A stretch of 64,000 nt of DNA from Octopus bimaculoides (Eukaryota): contig NC_069002.1 in assembly GCF_001194135.2 (NCBI RefSeq), forward strand, positions 37,323,073 through 37,387,072, written 5' to 3'. The position numbers were made by a program, and so were the translations under genes. Below the pieces are notes generated by a model. It saw only the letters and a program-made list of their open reading frames with translations. It was not told where the DNA came from and searched no databases. This document shows, piece by piece, positions 52,701-60,513 of the stretch. Each line of letters starts with the position of its first letter. The stretch's first letter is position 1.

Positions 52701-55700
52701 ACTATAAGTCGAAACCAATCACATTTCTCACCTGCGGGTTATCGGAGAGTTATCAGCATCCCAGAAGCCAGATTTGAAGCTGTCACTATCAATACTTTTG
52801 TCTTCTTCTTCACACACACTCAATGATGGACTTGCTGAGGAGGGGGGAAAACATATTAATAGATTGCTTAATTATTAATTTACATTTGTTTTGTGATAAT
52901 TTAAGGTATTGTGCTGTTGTTTCTGATGAAAAATTGCATCAGATTTATTCTGCATTTGTTTACTTTTAAAATTAAGAAATACAAAGTTACACAAAAAAAA
53001 AAAAAAAACAGAATTAAAGGGAAAATTATGAAACATAAAAAACAATGCTTAAATGTCTGAGGTAAGAACAAGATTACAACTTTGTGTGACCATCACTGAT
53101 ATAAAGTGCTGTAGCATGGTCTTAAACCTGATAGCTAAAATAAAGTGAAGAACTAATTAACTTCACTTTTACAGAGGAGAAATACTTCAATATTTATATT
53201 AACACTACATATTGATCTGTTCGATCTTTCATTGTCAAATGATCGATTGAATCTGTCACCCGGTTTAACACCACCATCAGGTCTTTGGGTGCAAGCATTT
53301 GAAGATACCTTTCTCTCCCCAACCAGATTTACAGGCCCTGAGGCAGGACTGTGGGCACTGCCCTTCCTCCTGTTGAAGTGGAAAAAAGTTGAAGAACCAT
53401 GTGGTTGGGAAGCAAACTTCGTACCACACAGCCATACTTGAGCATTCTAAAGTAAAAAAAAATGAATCATTTTTTATCTTTGATGCTTTCTACAAAGTCA
53501 ACTTGATATTCGTTTGTAAAGTAACTTACAACTTCCAGACTGTTCTCCAGATTTTGAACCTTCAATATTTGACAATAATCTGTTTTTTGTGGGAGTCTTT
53601 GTGTTAAATGCTGTGAGTATATTATCGACAAATGTTTTGCACTCTTCTTTGTCCACCCAGTTATGTTCACCGAGGGAGTCTTCTACATAAACCTGAACAG
53701 ACAAAAAAAAAAAAATCAAAATAAATTTAGTGAAAAATAAGTAAATCTGAGAAGCTAAGATTTTCTTCTAAAGAACATTTTTTTTTTGATAAAATGCTAT
53801 TTCAGTAGAATAGTCTGAGCATTTAGAAAATTGAATGTGCCTCAACTGGAATAGATAAACCACTATTTCATTTAGAGAGAAAAACAAAGCATGGAATAAA
53901 TAGATGTTATGATTTTTCAGACAGAAGGCTTTCATTTTTTACCCTGTTTGTGAAGGGTCAAAAGGCACATGATAGCCTCTATCTGTACCCTTGACCTGCT
54001 GGAAATAGCAATCAAATCTTCTTCAAATCACACCCTAACATCTTAAAAAATGAAGGACTCATTGGTCAATGAAGTCCGAGACATGAAAAGATGACCACAG
54101 CTGAGTGTCTCTGATCATAAGTCTGCATGGTTAGGACTCAACAACAACAACAATAACCGATTGGTCATTGACATAGAGAGACTATACATTCATCACTAAA
54201 GCTTGATAAAACAGTAGTGACCAATGCAGCTGACCAATGTTAGCTATTTTCAGCCAATGTCCTGGTCAACAATATTCCGGTGTATTCGTCTGGACATGGT
54301 GAAGTGAAAAAATCAATGCTACAGTTTGAACCATTGAGGCTTTGGCTGGAAGGCTGACACGTCATCACCATCCTCAGCTGTATGATCACCATTATTGGTC
54401 AAAGGTCAGCAGATCATAAACTCATCAAGTCATATCACTACCCTTATTGGAGTGGTCTTCAACTCACCAAACTGTGTCATCAATGTTGTGGGGGGTCAGT
54501 ACTTCACTGACCCACCCAGCGGCAGCAGCAGCCACCATTGCCACCACCAAACTGTTGTTTCAAGCCATTTTAGTTGATTATATTGACACCTGTGCTTTGT
54601 TAAGATTTTATAAACCGTCAGAGGTTTATAAAGGCAAAGCTGACCTGAATGGAACTGAAATTCAGAATAGAGAGAGACCTTACCAGATTTTCTTCTCGGA
54701 GGTTCTCTGCCAATGCTGCCAACTCACCCCCATCACACTATCTGTCTTTCCATTCTATGATGGGTAGATAAGTGTGCAATACAACATATTGTCACCCCTC
54801 TCGACTGAGCTACCAACAAGGGAGACATGACATGTTAGAAATAGCAGCTAAATCTCCTCTAAAAATTACAGCTTAACATCTTTAAAAAAAAAAAGGATAC
54901 TGGGGTAACATAGTTCAAGGTACACTACAGCTGAAAAAAAAAGTGGGATAACCCTGGCTGGAATAGATTTTGAGCACCAGTCCATTTGATCAGGGAATAA
55001 CGAAAGAGCTAAACAACAATAATTCCTTTTCCTCTCAATTTTGTATAATCTTATCTGTATAATCCAACATCCTCAGTGATTTGACGTTACCACTTCCAGA
55101 AGTTATTTTATCCCCCAATAAGCTAAAAAGACTGCCAAAAAGTCAATGTTCACAGTAGAAATGCTGGGCCCAGTTTACCTTGACAAAATCATCTGGCCAG
55201 TTGTCATCTTCGCTGTAAGCTGCCATCAAAATGTTACATGCTAGAACTGAAACCAATGGATTGCCTTTTGCTTTGAAATTGATGGACACATCACGCTTTA
55301 ACAAACTGCAGAAAGCCTGAAAATATAAATAAATACAAAAATGAATGTGTAATTTTTCTTTGGGTTTTTTTTTCTTTTTCTTTTTGAAGAAAAAAACTGA
55401 AGGGAAAAATACAAATGACATTCAACTAAATTCTATCATTCAATAATAGCTGTAAAATAGTGTGTGGAGTTGTGTCTCTTTATGACAAAAAAGGTACCTT
55501 AGTCATTTACTAAATATAGAATTCAATAAAATAAGTACTAGATTCAATACAACCAATTAAACACGTGAAGACAGTACTCTAAGATGGCCATAGAACAACG
55601 ACTAAAACCAGTAAAAGAATAAGAGAATATTCCAGAAGAGATTAACCTTTTGCTTTTTCTCACCAAAAGATAAACGAAGTAAGCCAAGTGTGTCTCTTCG

Positions 55701-56323
55701 TGTTAACTCACCTCTGTCACAAGTTCACTGAGAAAGATACTTGGTTTTACTCTGACCAGGTATATTAAGCTGAGGTAGAGGCACGGATCTGGTTTGGATC
55801 GGTTAGCACGGAGAGATTTAACTGCGCCACAGAGTAGTCCATCCACCCTCTCCATATCACTGTCAAGAGCATCTTGAACTTCTGTGAGAAAGTCAGCAGC
55901 ATCCACTGAAAGCAAAGATGTTAGAAAGAATTAAATTAGGTCAAAATGTTGGTCATAATTACTGCTCGTTACCATCGGCGTCTTCATCGTTTTCTACATA
56001 AATTTTCAGCTCACAGCTAGCATCACCATACAGGAGCCTCTATATAGGCACTCAACATACTAGAAACAGCAACTAAATCTCCTTCAGCACAAACCTTACT
56101 ATCTATATCTATAAAATTCACTGTGTGTGTGTGAGTGTTTCCTCTATGTACAGCCAAACTGCTGGATCAATCAGTACCAAATTTGGCATGAAGGTTTTCC
56201 ATTACTTGGGGNNNNNNNNNNNNNNNNNNNNNNNNNNNNNNNNNNNNNNNTGTCCATACCCTCCATGGTAATCTTTCGTTACGAGAGCAGAAATTGAAAG
56301 AGAGTCAAAAGTGAAAGATGGAA

Positions 56324-56367
<44 letters not shown>

Positions 56368-56408
56368 GTGCCACTTACGCATACATAACAACACACATCT
56401 TCAATCAA

Positions 56409-56442
<34 letters not shown>

Positions 56443-57732
56443 GTACAAAAAAGATGTACGCATATGTATTTATGTATGTACATGTATATGAAAGATAGTG
56501 TGTGTGTGTGAGAGAGTGTGAGTGCCACTTATATATGCATGACAACACACACCTTCATTCACACACACACACACACACACAAAAGAGATGTATGCATGTA
56601 CGTGTATATGAAAGATGTGTATGAAAGAGAGAGAGAGTGAGTGCCACTTACACATACATGCAATAAATATACATGACAACATACTTCCTACCTGGCCAGC
56701 CCCTGTCAACTGTCCCCCCATGCATGTATGGAAGATGGACATTAAACAATGATGATGATGACGATGAAAGAGGAAAAGGCAATATCTAAAAGGTACTGAC
56801 CTTCAATGGCAGATTCTTCATATAATGGCACTTGGACAATGGAAGAAGTTTTTTTATCCAAATCTGAAGGACGTCCAAGAGGTGTGAAAGTAGCACCAAG
56901 GAGTTTTGGTTTTTTAGCCAAGCTAACTGGCACTGCTGCACCGGGTTCACGCTTTCGGTCTGGATTTGACAAGCTTGATTTCTTTCCAGCACTGCTGGAA
57001 CATACTCTGAGCTCAGTTTCAGATGAAGACTTGCTCTGTTTACCTAAAGCTATGAAATCTCCTGGTGGAGGGAGGGCTGAAAATAGATAAATAAAACGTT
57101 TGTCATTTAATAAAACAATGATAATATTTTGTAAAATAATGTCATATATATATTTATGTCAAAGCCAACAGGAAGCGGTCCAGCTTCCTAGGGCTAAATA
57201 GCAGTAGTATATTCCCTTATTGGGACTGTCACGTTAAGTCGACAGTATACAACTACTTTATATATATATATATAGTTTTCAATGTGTGTGTTTGCAACAT
57301 AAGCTGTATTATTGTGATCACCTTGGGAAAGAGTTTTTCTTACATAACACTAATTGGCTGATAACATTATGCAGAAAATACAGAAATATACAAAACTTAA
57401 GCATTTCTCAGATCTCTTCTCTCCACCTACCCTCTTCCCCCAAGATCGATTCTTCCTCAATACACATTACTTTTCAGCACCCGCGTACGTACGTACGTAC
57501 GTATTCATGCATGCATGTATACATACACATGAGGGGAGGGGCTGAAAAGTTCATGGCTTTAGAGTTATCGTGAAAGGTCCGGCTGGAGGCAGAACCTTCC
57601 AAGTTCTTTTACAGGGCTTAGAAAAACTGAAAGACCACAGCAATAAGTGTGTGGATCTGAGAGGGGAATATGTTGAATAAAATCATCACGAACTGATCCT
57701 CCTGTATTTTCTTTTACATATAATATATACAT

Positions 57733-57777
<45 letters not shown>

Positions 57778-58056
57778 NNNNNNNNNNNNNNNNNNNNNNN
57801 NNNNNNNNNNNNNNNNNNNNNNNNNNNNNNNNNNNNNNNNNNNNNNNNNNNNNNNNNNNNNNNNNNNNNNNNNNNNNNNNNNNNNNNNNNNNNNNNNNNN
57901 NNNNNNNNNNNNNNNNNNNNNNNNNNNNNNNNNNNNNNNNNNNNNNNNNNNNNNNNNNNNNNNNNNNNNNNNNNNNNNNNNNNNNNNNNNNNNNNNNNNN
58001 NNNNNNNNNNNNNNNNNNNNNNNNNNNNNNNNNNNNNNNNNNNNNNNNNNNNNNNN

Positions 58057-58087
<31 letters not shown>

Positions 58088-58554
58088 GCATGTCAACTTA
58101 CGCAGAAATACAGCAATATAAAATCACATGTGGACCCTTATGTTTACATGTATAACTATAAATATGTATAACTATAAATGCAAATATCAATTAAACAGGA
58201 TGAAAGAGTCCGCTCGAATATTCTGCAATAAAGTTGATGATATGATTTTAATATTCGGAGCTTGAGACATAGTCATAAAAAACAGAGCTTGTTTATAAAG
58301 CTTACAAGCTGAAATGTCTACACTTCAATATGCAATCATAACATTTTAGTTTATGAATGATAGTTTTCACACTTTAAATGTTATGAACTCACCAGGATGG
58401 GGACGGGGGAAATAGTGAAAAACACAGAAACGAATAAAGTTATATATTGTGAATATATATTTCAAGATAAGTATCACAGAAAAACAAACTAATGAAGAAT
58501 TTCAGGACAACAATTACCTTTGCTTTTGCCCCTTTTGCTGCTACCAGGCTTCAT
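5655..58554 (-). CDS. INTS1: Integrator complex subunit 1, full spliced CDS (46 coding exons, 2162 aa)
   Basis: Manual exon assembly: 45 GT-AG introns, consistent phases, 6489 nt total, no internal stop. Motifs PPPGDFIALG, INFKAKGN, EMWLQNPK, NELSSARNPNNM, SMPWLAELV..EGSLDVLPVQCLCEFLLHD, DTSEEALLLPDWLKLRMIRS and LDFLWACIH match metazoan INTS1 in order (comparison from memory). Confidence 0.98.
6485..6640 (+). mobile_element. RTE-tail-type short repeat family B with (GAT)n tail (copies near 10685-10870 -, 13240-13400 -, 19560-19765 +, 32650-33125 -, 37080-37330 -, 38130-38240 +, 43540-43670 +)
   Basis: Recurrent ggttggcgttaggaagggcatccagctgtaaaa...catgctagcatggaa...gttaaa(tga)n. Confidence 0.85.
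6902..7011 (-). CDS. INTS1: INTS1 coding exon 45
   Basis: gtacag/gtaaag; CLGDDSPDIVISALRNLAEFVALCQ. Confidence 0.96.
7520..8040 (+). mobile_element. RTE-clade LINE fragment, AP-endonuclease region
   Basis: Degenerate PQCGRPNEEKEHF...GIGFRNKAG...EFCDVNNLLICNTNFRKPASH.MTY...PQHRLVISDF. Confidence 0.8.
8760..8851 (-). CDS. INTS1: INTS1 coding exon 44
   Basis: taccag/gtaaga; ADLKRLM...ECRSYAY...RSIRQNP. Confidence 0.95.
9352..9422 (-). CDS. INTS1: INTS1 coding exon 43
   Basis: ctacag/gtaaca; ILGVLQDLDEASKRKVNIL. Confidence 0.95.
9687..9760. repeat. (TG)n(AG)n compound microsatellite; many similar TG, AG, TA, GAT and AAC runs throughout (e.g. 17705-17820, 30889-30972, 63915-64000)
   Basis: Directly visible. 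Confidence 0.97.
10241..10455 (-). CDS. INTS1: INTS1 coding exon 42
   Basis: ttttcag/gtaatc; DLSVLKSLLAGLSLP...LAPFFARLSK. Confidence 0.96.
11778..12021. repeat. Near-perfect long inverted repeat (arms 11778-11895 and 11907-12021, 11-nt spacer)
   Basis: The arms are exact reverse complements except for one extra AAC unit in the left arm. Confidence 0.97.
12296..12423 (-). CDS. INTS1: INTS1 coding exon 41
   Basis: atacag/gtcagt; IVKFIQFLQRF...ILQKY. Confidence 0.94.
13505..13694 (-). CDS. INTS1: INTS1 coding exon 40
   Basis: ttccag/gttagc; QLPLIAALLQGKTH...VLGLLEFLEPHIFR. Confidence 0.97.
14305..14438 (-). CDS. INTS1: INTS1 coding exon 39
   Basis: ctctctag/gtttgt; LDHISHRLL...ENRMYDANNASRKLAAEHPLLILR. 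Confidence 0.96.
14480..14915 (-). mobile_element. Two tandem SINE family A copies
   Basis: Family core occurs twice (about 14480-14700 and 14705-14915), separated by a (TAA)n tail. Confidence 0.85.
14985..15425 (-). mobile_element. RTE-clade LINE fragment, RT C-terminal part and Cys-rich region
   Basis: WELLYADDLALIAES...WKQGLESKGLKINLAKTKVLV...WPCSICRKG...SIQCTWCKLWTH. Confidence 0.92.
15792..15921 (-). CDS. INTS1: INTS1 coding exon 38
   Basis: ttccag/gtaagt; TLLELYLQYP. Confidence 0.93.
16329..16585 (-). CDS. INTS1: INTS1 coding exon 37
   Basis: attcag/gtaagc; DVLGLRLEQICTVVDYVVQEA...INCRIELV. Confidence 0.92.
16835..17060 (+). mobile_element. SINE family A copy (another plus copy at about 23860-24020)
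   Basis: ctggcagaatc head, gttctgagtt box B, ctttcatctttctggggtcaataaaat core, (TAT)n tail. Confidence 0.85.
17574..17661 (-). CDS. INTS1: INTS1 coding exon 36
   Basis: ttgcag/gttggt; DPTSVLDFLWACIHIPKLWQG. Confidence 0.97.
18030..18190 (-). mobile_element. tRNA-derived CORE-like SINE family C (copies near 21660-21760, 33235-33320, 35290-35390, 53390-53445)
   Basis: Head gctgtgtggtaagaagcttg...ggttctgagttcagtcc; CORE-like gacacttgcgcaaggtgcca. Confidence 0.75.
18458..18817 (-). CDS. INTS1: INTS1 coding exon 35
   Basis: tcccag/gtaagt; LFVDWLELIDPEV...YLLALLTHQSHWGTLHRCI. Confidence 0.96.
18953..19091 (-). CDS. INTS1: INTS1 coding exon 34
   Basis: tgactag/gtaagt; FKKLGLEKDPLFESVVECC...; phases 1 to 2 bridge exons 33 and 35. 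Confidence 0.85.
19847..20060 (-). CDS. INTS1: INTS1 coding exon 33 (alternative in-frame acceptor at 20048)
   Basis: ctttgcag/gtgagt; RQLQDSLRQMMEQLW...EEDKTVS; open frame, phase 0 to 1. Confidence 0.85.
20062..20911 (+). mobile_element. Penelope-like retroelement 3' fragment (GIY-YIG endonuclease relic plus 3' repeat with hammerhead-like core)
   Basis: LPDVKGLSEKIQKIC...MYSIPCSCGRLYKGET...LKIRVEEH matches the PLE RT C-terminus/GIY-YIG pattern; frameshifted continuation IADHVW...KLKEAAHM; CTGATGA..GAAAC at 20798-20830. Confidence 0.88.
21225..21320 (-). CDS. INTS1: INTS1 coding exon 32
   Basis: ttttcag/gtaagg; ILNSPQ...ACPLLKLL (human LLSSPH...ACPLLRQL). Confidence 0.93.
22654..22707 (-). 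CDS. INTS1: INTS1 coding exon 31
   Basis: ttctcctcag/gtaagt; SLTSSNEVALNITKALSL; 54 nt, phase 0 to 0; called mainly on splice signals and frame. Confidence 0.75.
24072..24137 (-). CDS. INTS1: INTS1 coding exon 30
   Basis: tttttag/gtaatc; LFLSSPVNSNSLAAGQYQKILK; phase 0 to 0; positionally equivalent to human IFPLSPD. Confidence 0.8.
24870..25300 (+). mobile_element. Decayed DNA-transposon transposase fragment, probably Sola (Sola2-like)
   Basis: Frame from 24937: RPARCIPVGSSGSHNACGCTDHQNVKLIL...*...KCDNCP, preceded by YCYFREK; matches the RPxxCxxxGxSGxHxxCxCxxHQNVKL pattern that I recall from Sola2-type transposases. Superfamily assignment is from memory. Confidence 0.6.
26044..26159 (-). 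CDS. INTS1: INTS1 coding exon 29
   Basis: gatcag/gttagt; DFAMDYEE...MVTYLQQ; low conservation but phases 1 to 0 fit. Confidence 0.85.
27294..27548 (-). CDS. INTS1: INTS1 coding exon 28
   Basis: ctgcag/gtcagt; LQDLDPAQLFLFVQSFGIPVSSMTKLL...RGAEGG. Confidence 0.97.
27853..28014 (-). CDS. INTS1: INTS1 coding exon 27
   Basis: tatcag/gtcagt; IWFPEE...FLLDTSEEALLLPDWLKLRMIRS. Confidence 0.97.
28329..28440 (-). CDS. INTS1: INTS1 coding exon 26
   Basis: caacag/gtatgg; QDQIILQWESGDSATMLVLVVHAMIILLTYGPP. Confidence 0.97.
29979..30143 (-). CDS. INTS1: INTS1 coding exon 25
   Basis: cctgtag/gtgaga; EVAQLIVERTTVMSH...YIRR...YDW. Confidence 0.95.
31008..31112 (-). CDS. INTS1: INTS1 coding exon 24
   Basis: ttccag/gtaagt; ACRVETDPTLVSAYVIFL...DLAF. 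Confidence 0.96.
31550..31892 (-). mobile_element. RTE-clade LINE fragment, RT N-terminal domains
   Basis: APSPSGITVEMLK...YKGKGDTLDRNNCRGIKFLDQVMKVMER...MQFGFVSGKSTLDTIFLVRQLQ. Confidence 0.92.
32344..32526 (-). CDS. INTS1: INTS1 coding exon 23
   Basis: taacag/gtaagt; GLSLVV...WLLLYLPSLPLFDSLR. Confidence 0.95.
33588..33737 (-). CDS. INTS1: INTS1 coding exon 22
   Basis: ttttcag/gtaggt; KQEQLLAKLQ...EVMDYFFKRLSSSQASSRSLAIK. Confidence 0.96.
33930..34881 (+). mobile_element. Degenerate mariner (Tc1/mariner) transposon
   Basis: RIVRGDEMWVHHYEAESKRQSMEWKHPGSP...KVLLTLFWDSKG...YLEKG.TINS, then frameshifted DDACPH and YSLDLAS.YHIFG.LK-type motifs; TIR-like end ataatttttgactc...gTA near 34852-34881. 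Confidence 0.93.
34918..35130. other. Assembly gap (other N runs at about 36-46, 1725-1824, 3482-3491, 39609-39618, 56211-56250, 57778-58056, 59790-60118)
   Basis: N runs, mostly beside microsatellites. The exon chain is phase-complete, so no INTS1 coding exon appears lost. Confidence 0.99.
35131..35279. mobile_element. Tc1-type MITE (left end lost in N gap)
   Basis: tggccaaaagtttggaacat at 35131 and its reverse complement atgttccaaacttttggccacaactgTA ending at 35279. Confidence 0.8.
35437..35601 (-). CDS. INTS1: INTS1 coding exon 21
   Basis: atgcag/gtcagt; QSMPWLAELVESNEGSLDVLPVQCLCEFLLHD. Confidence 0.97.
36263..36392 (-). CDS. INTS1: INTS1 coding exon 20
   Basis: tttacag/gtaaat; LCRSRNPDFLLDIIQRQ. 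Confidence 0.97.
37613..37737 (-). CDS. INTS1: INTS1 coding exon 19
   Basis: ttacag/gtaagt; EKHEILEFESHLAAA...ITESNSLLLSQLT. Confidence 0.96.
38418..38493 (-). CDS. INTS1: INTS1 coding exon 18
   Basis: ttccag/gtttgt; NYKFPPPTTATEEKHIEEIKNHEKQ; phases 2 to 0. Confidence 0.92.
40124..40184 (-). CDS. INTS1: INTS1 coding exon 17
   Basis: gtttag/gtaagt; AWENYPILKCLMEMAMT. Confidence 0.95.
40613..40704 (-). CDS. INTS1: INTS1 coding exon 16
   Basis: caacag/gtgagt; YTPPTLAISALYWKAW...AFNP. Confidence 0.96.
41460..41660 (-). mobile_element. tRNA-derived CORE-like SINE family D (another copy near 47640-47810)
   Basis: gaaataaagtgtcttgctcaagaa CORE-like block and cccaacactctaaccactgagc (reverse complement of a tRNA head). 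Confidence 0.7.
41928..42024 (-). CDS. INTS1: INTS1 coding exon 15
   Basis: ttttcag/gtgaga; VEVLRV...NLCAYRHPENIVLP. Confidence 0.96.
42540..42960 (+). mobile_element. RTE-clade LINE 3' ORF remnant
   Basis: ARMRTGWRKSRELLSLLA...IRTKAG...EKCQSLNVARTCSRRRP. Confidence 0.7.
44168..44325 (-). CDS. INTS1: INTS1 coding exon 14
   Basis: tccacag/gtagga; SEVPVLEDTLMRVLVIGLSREL. Confidence 0.97.
45245..45322 (-). CDS. INTS1: INTS1 coding exon 13
   Basis: tttcag/gtaagt; LHKVLFME...DNWPLESDR. Confidence 0.96.
45500..45890 (-). mobile_element. RTE-clade LINE RT remnant
   Basis: Degenerate homolog of 31550-31892 (MQFGFVP, NCYS motifs on the minus strand). Confidence 0.65.
46455..46575 (-). CDS. INTS1: INTS1 coding exon 12
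   Basis: ttttcag/gtaatg; IQRDSVWWLHTVVPS...EYVH. Confidence 0.96.
46785..47200 (+). mobile_element. RTE-clade LINE RT remnant
   Basis: QAIIEEFKTRCPWEHVYADDLALIAES; homologous to 14985-15425. Confidence 0.8.
47342..47450 (-). CDS. INTS1: INTS1 coding exon 11
   Basis: ttcttag/gttagt; ERYVLAITDLITLTILVGITPSVRE. Confidence 0.95.
47817..48400 (+). mobile_element. Tc1/mariner-family relic (5' TIR plus HTH-region remnant)
   Basis: TA|cagggtgtcccaaaa TIR; decayed KIVKKFQETGS...SVRKLAA...LKEDL...HEL motifs. Confidence 0.65.
48815..48997 (-). CDS. INTS1: INTS1 coding exon 10
   Basis: cctacag/gtaagt; ILAEIFQDLLVNKEDYLRALRALFREI...FCLGLMQ. Confidence 0.97.
49552..49693 (-). CDS. INTS1: INTS1 coding exon 9
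   Basis: ttacag/gtaagt; ELLSQ...IYNELSSARNPNNM. Confidence 0.97.
50379..50433 (-). ncRNA. Type I hammerhead ribozyme motif, intronic, sense to INTS1
   Basis: Minus strand reads GAUGGGUG-CUGAUGA-AGGGG(CAAAAAA)CCCCU-GAA-AUAUG(G)CAUAU-A-CACUCAUU: full catalytic core, 8-bp helix I, 5-bp helix II, 5-bp helix III, AUA cleavage triplet. Confidence 0.8.
51212..51357 (-). CDS. INTS1: INTS1 coding exon 8
   Basis: ttacag/gtaaga; LSRSAQDLLLSVCLNC...KIRLKTKPLINHY. Confidence 0.96.
51910..52096 (-). CDS. INTS1: INTS1 coding exon 7
   Basis: ccttag/gttggt; VLEIVREQLNKRQP...RLEMWLQNPK. Confidence 0.97.
52732..52834 (-). CDS. INTS1: INTS1 coding exon 6
   Basis: cctcctcag/gtgaga; SPSLSVCEEEDK...PITR; phases 1 to 2 fit both neighbours. 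Confidence 0.88.
53530..53692 (-). CDS. INTS1: INTS1 coding exon 5
   Basis: gttcag/gtaagt; VYVEDSLGEHNWVD...CKTFVDNILTAFNTK. Confidence 0.96.
55179..55316 (-). CDS. INTS1: INTS1 coding exon 4
   Basis: tttcag/gtaaac; AFCSLLKRDVSINFKAKGNPLVSVLACN...WPDDFVK. Confidence 0.97.
55712..55905 (-). CDS. INTS1: INTS1 coding exon 3
   Basis: ctttcag/gtgagt; VDAADFLTEV...DGLLCGAVKSL...KPSIF. Confidence 0.96.
56801..57076 (-). CDS. INTS1: INTS1 coding exon 2
   Basis: ttttcag acceptor, gtcagt donor; LPPPGDFIALGK...AKKPKL...EESAIE. Confidence 0.93.
57528..57715 (+). mobile_element. Mariner-derived non-autonomous element
   Basis: gaggggaggggctgaaaagttc 5' TIR-like end followed by a transposase 3'-end remnant (gcttagaaaaactg...gtgtgtggatctgagaggggaatatgttgaataa). 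Confidence 0.65.
58518..58554 (-). CDS. INTS1: INTS1 coding exon 1 (MKPGSSKRGKSK)
   Basis: ATG at 58554, donor G|gtaatt, phase 1 joins exon 2 to give ALPPPGDFIALG; an acceptor-like ttattaacag lies 3 nt upstream of the ATG. Confidence 0.75.
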
Positions 58555-59019
58555 TGTCTGTTAATAAAGTGATTTTCACAAGAAGAAGAAAAAAAACTCC
58601 TAGCTATATATATATATAAATATATTTATATATATACAGGGAGAAAGAGAGAAGGAGAGAGATTAAATAATTAATGATGCATATACGACAATCTGTGTTT
58701 GAGGAAGAAGAAATATCTTTTCTACGTTAAGAAGCATCAATTGAGAAATAAGAGTTTCGTTTTAAGGGACATAATTGTTGTCACGGCTTAAACATCGGTG
58801 AAGCAGCAAAATAGTTGAATATCGAAATCTAATGTCAGAATTTAATTACAGAAGTGTGACGAAAGAACTCTGGCCGAAATATGATTAATGTAATGTAATG
58901 TAATATAAAGCTGAAGCAAATTAACACCAAATATACAGTGCGTGTGTTTTTATTGGCTAAACTGGCAATATGACCATCCCCAAATACAACAGTTTTTGGA
59001 AATAATATAATTGTTGCTG

Positions 59020-59345
59020 TTGTTTAGCCGGAAGTGAAAGTAAACAATTAACCATTTTGATTGAACAAGCTATGATCAAAGACGTTCTGTCCGTGACTTT
59101 CTGTTTACCCCCAAATGAAGTCTATAGGATTTACATGAAGACCGTAGACGTTACTTATTTGATTTGATGTGGATGTAACGGCTGTTGTTAGCAAGGTCGA
59201 TCGACCACGCTGAGGTTATCTCGTGTATTTCCAAGTTTATTGTTGTGGTTAACATTCAGTTTGCAGTCATAAAATGGTGAAAGTAAATTGTCTTCAAAAA
59301 ATGAAATCATACTGCGATAGAAATCGGAAGTGACAACTGTGGCTC
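59020..59345 (-). promoter_or_regulatory. Candidate proximal promoter of INTS1
   Basis: Locally CpG-enriched; ETS-type CCGGAAGTG (59028) and TCGGAAGTG (59324); YY1-like AAAATGGTG (59271); 0.5-0.8 kb upstream of the first coding exon. TSS not determinable. Confidence 0.4.
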
Positions 59346-59416
59346 CCCGTCAATTTGTGTAAACAATGAATGTGACATAACCCAATATTTATAATTACGT
59401 ATATTTAATACAGCAT

Positions 59417-59625
59417 GAAGGTAGCGAGCTGGCAGAATCGTTAAGTATGCCGGGCGAAATGCTATGCGGTAGTTCGTCTGCCGCTACGTTTTGAGTTTTA
59501 ATTCCACCGAGGTCGACTTTGCCCTTCGTTCTTTCGGGGTCGATAAATTAAGTACTAGGGTCGATGTAATCGACTATCCCCCTCCCCCAAAATTCCAGGC
59601 CTTGTGCCTATAGTAGAAAGGATAT
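59417..59625 (+). mobile_element. tRNA-derived SINE family A, least decayed copy (Deu/Nin-domain-like core)
   Basis: Box A-like gctggcagaatcgtta, box B-like ttttgagtttaattcc, core gtcgactttgcccttcgttctttcggggtcgataaattaagtac, tail ggccttgtgcctatagtagaaagg; CpGs largely retained. Confidence 0.85.
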
Positions 59626-60513
59626 TTGATACAGCTTTAAAACCGTACATATATTTTATATAAGATGAAAACGATGACATTTACGGGAAAGTATGACAGT
59701 GATGCATGGAATGAGATTTGGGAATAGTTTCACACGATGTCTAAACTCTAAATTTGTTTCGCCACTCATGCTCATGAAGATATCATCCGNNNNNNNNNNN
59801 NNNNNNNNNNNNNNNNNNNNNNNNNNNNNNNNNNNNNNNNNNNNNNNNNNNNNNNNNNNNNNNNNNNNNNNNNNNNNNNNNNNNNNNNNNNNNNNNNNNN
59901 NNNNNNNNNNNNNNNNNNNNNNNNNNNNNNNNNNNNNNNNNNNNNNNNNNNNNNNNNNNNNNNNNNNNNNNNNNNNNNNNNNNNNNNNNNNNNNNNNNNN
60001 NNNNNNNNNNNNNNNNNNNNNNNNNNNNNNNNNNNNNNNNNNNNNNNNNNNNNNNNNNNNNNNNNNNNNNNNNNNNNNNNNNNNNNNNNNNNNNNNNNNN
60101 NNNNNNNNNNNNNNNNNNACCACCAACTTCGTGCATCTAAATCTCAGTTATATCCGCTCTCGATTTGGCACCTCTTGAACAGCCTATTTTATTTATGCTA
60201 ACTTCGCTCCGTGAAATTCTGGTTGACATCAGCCATAACTTTGCTTCATAATGAACAGCATAGTTTCGTTTAAGCTAGCTCCGTTTCCTACTAGCTTATG
60301 ACGACTTCCAACTGAATCTATTGTTCAAACATACATACAGGCTTCACTCTTTTTACTTGTTAACTCTTGTAATAATTTAATAAATTGAATAATTTGTTTA
60401 AAAACTGTCTTCTGATATTCCATTATACATGCTTCTCAAAAGTACATTTACTGGACTTTTTCACGAATACTTCCATGCTTTAAATTAGTGACCACTCTCA
60501 TCAAACCTGCAAT

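Noticed and set aside
5655-58554. Searched for U12-type or GC-AG introns in INTS1
   Set aside because: All 45 introns are GT-AG and none has a GTATCCT/ATATCCT donor.
59417-59500. tRNA-like box A/B sequences here and in other repeats
   Set aside because: They are heads of tRNA-derived SINEs; no complete cloverleaf, so not called as tRNA genes.
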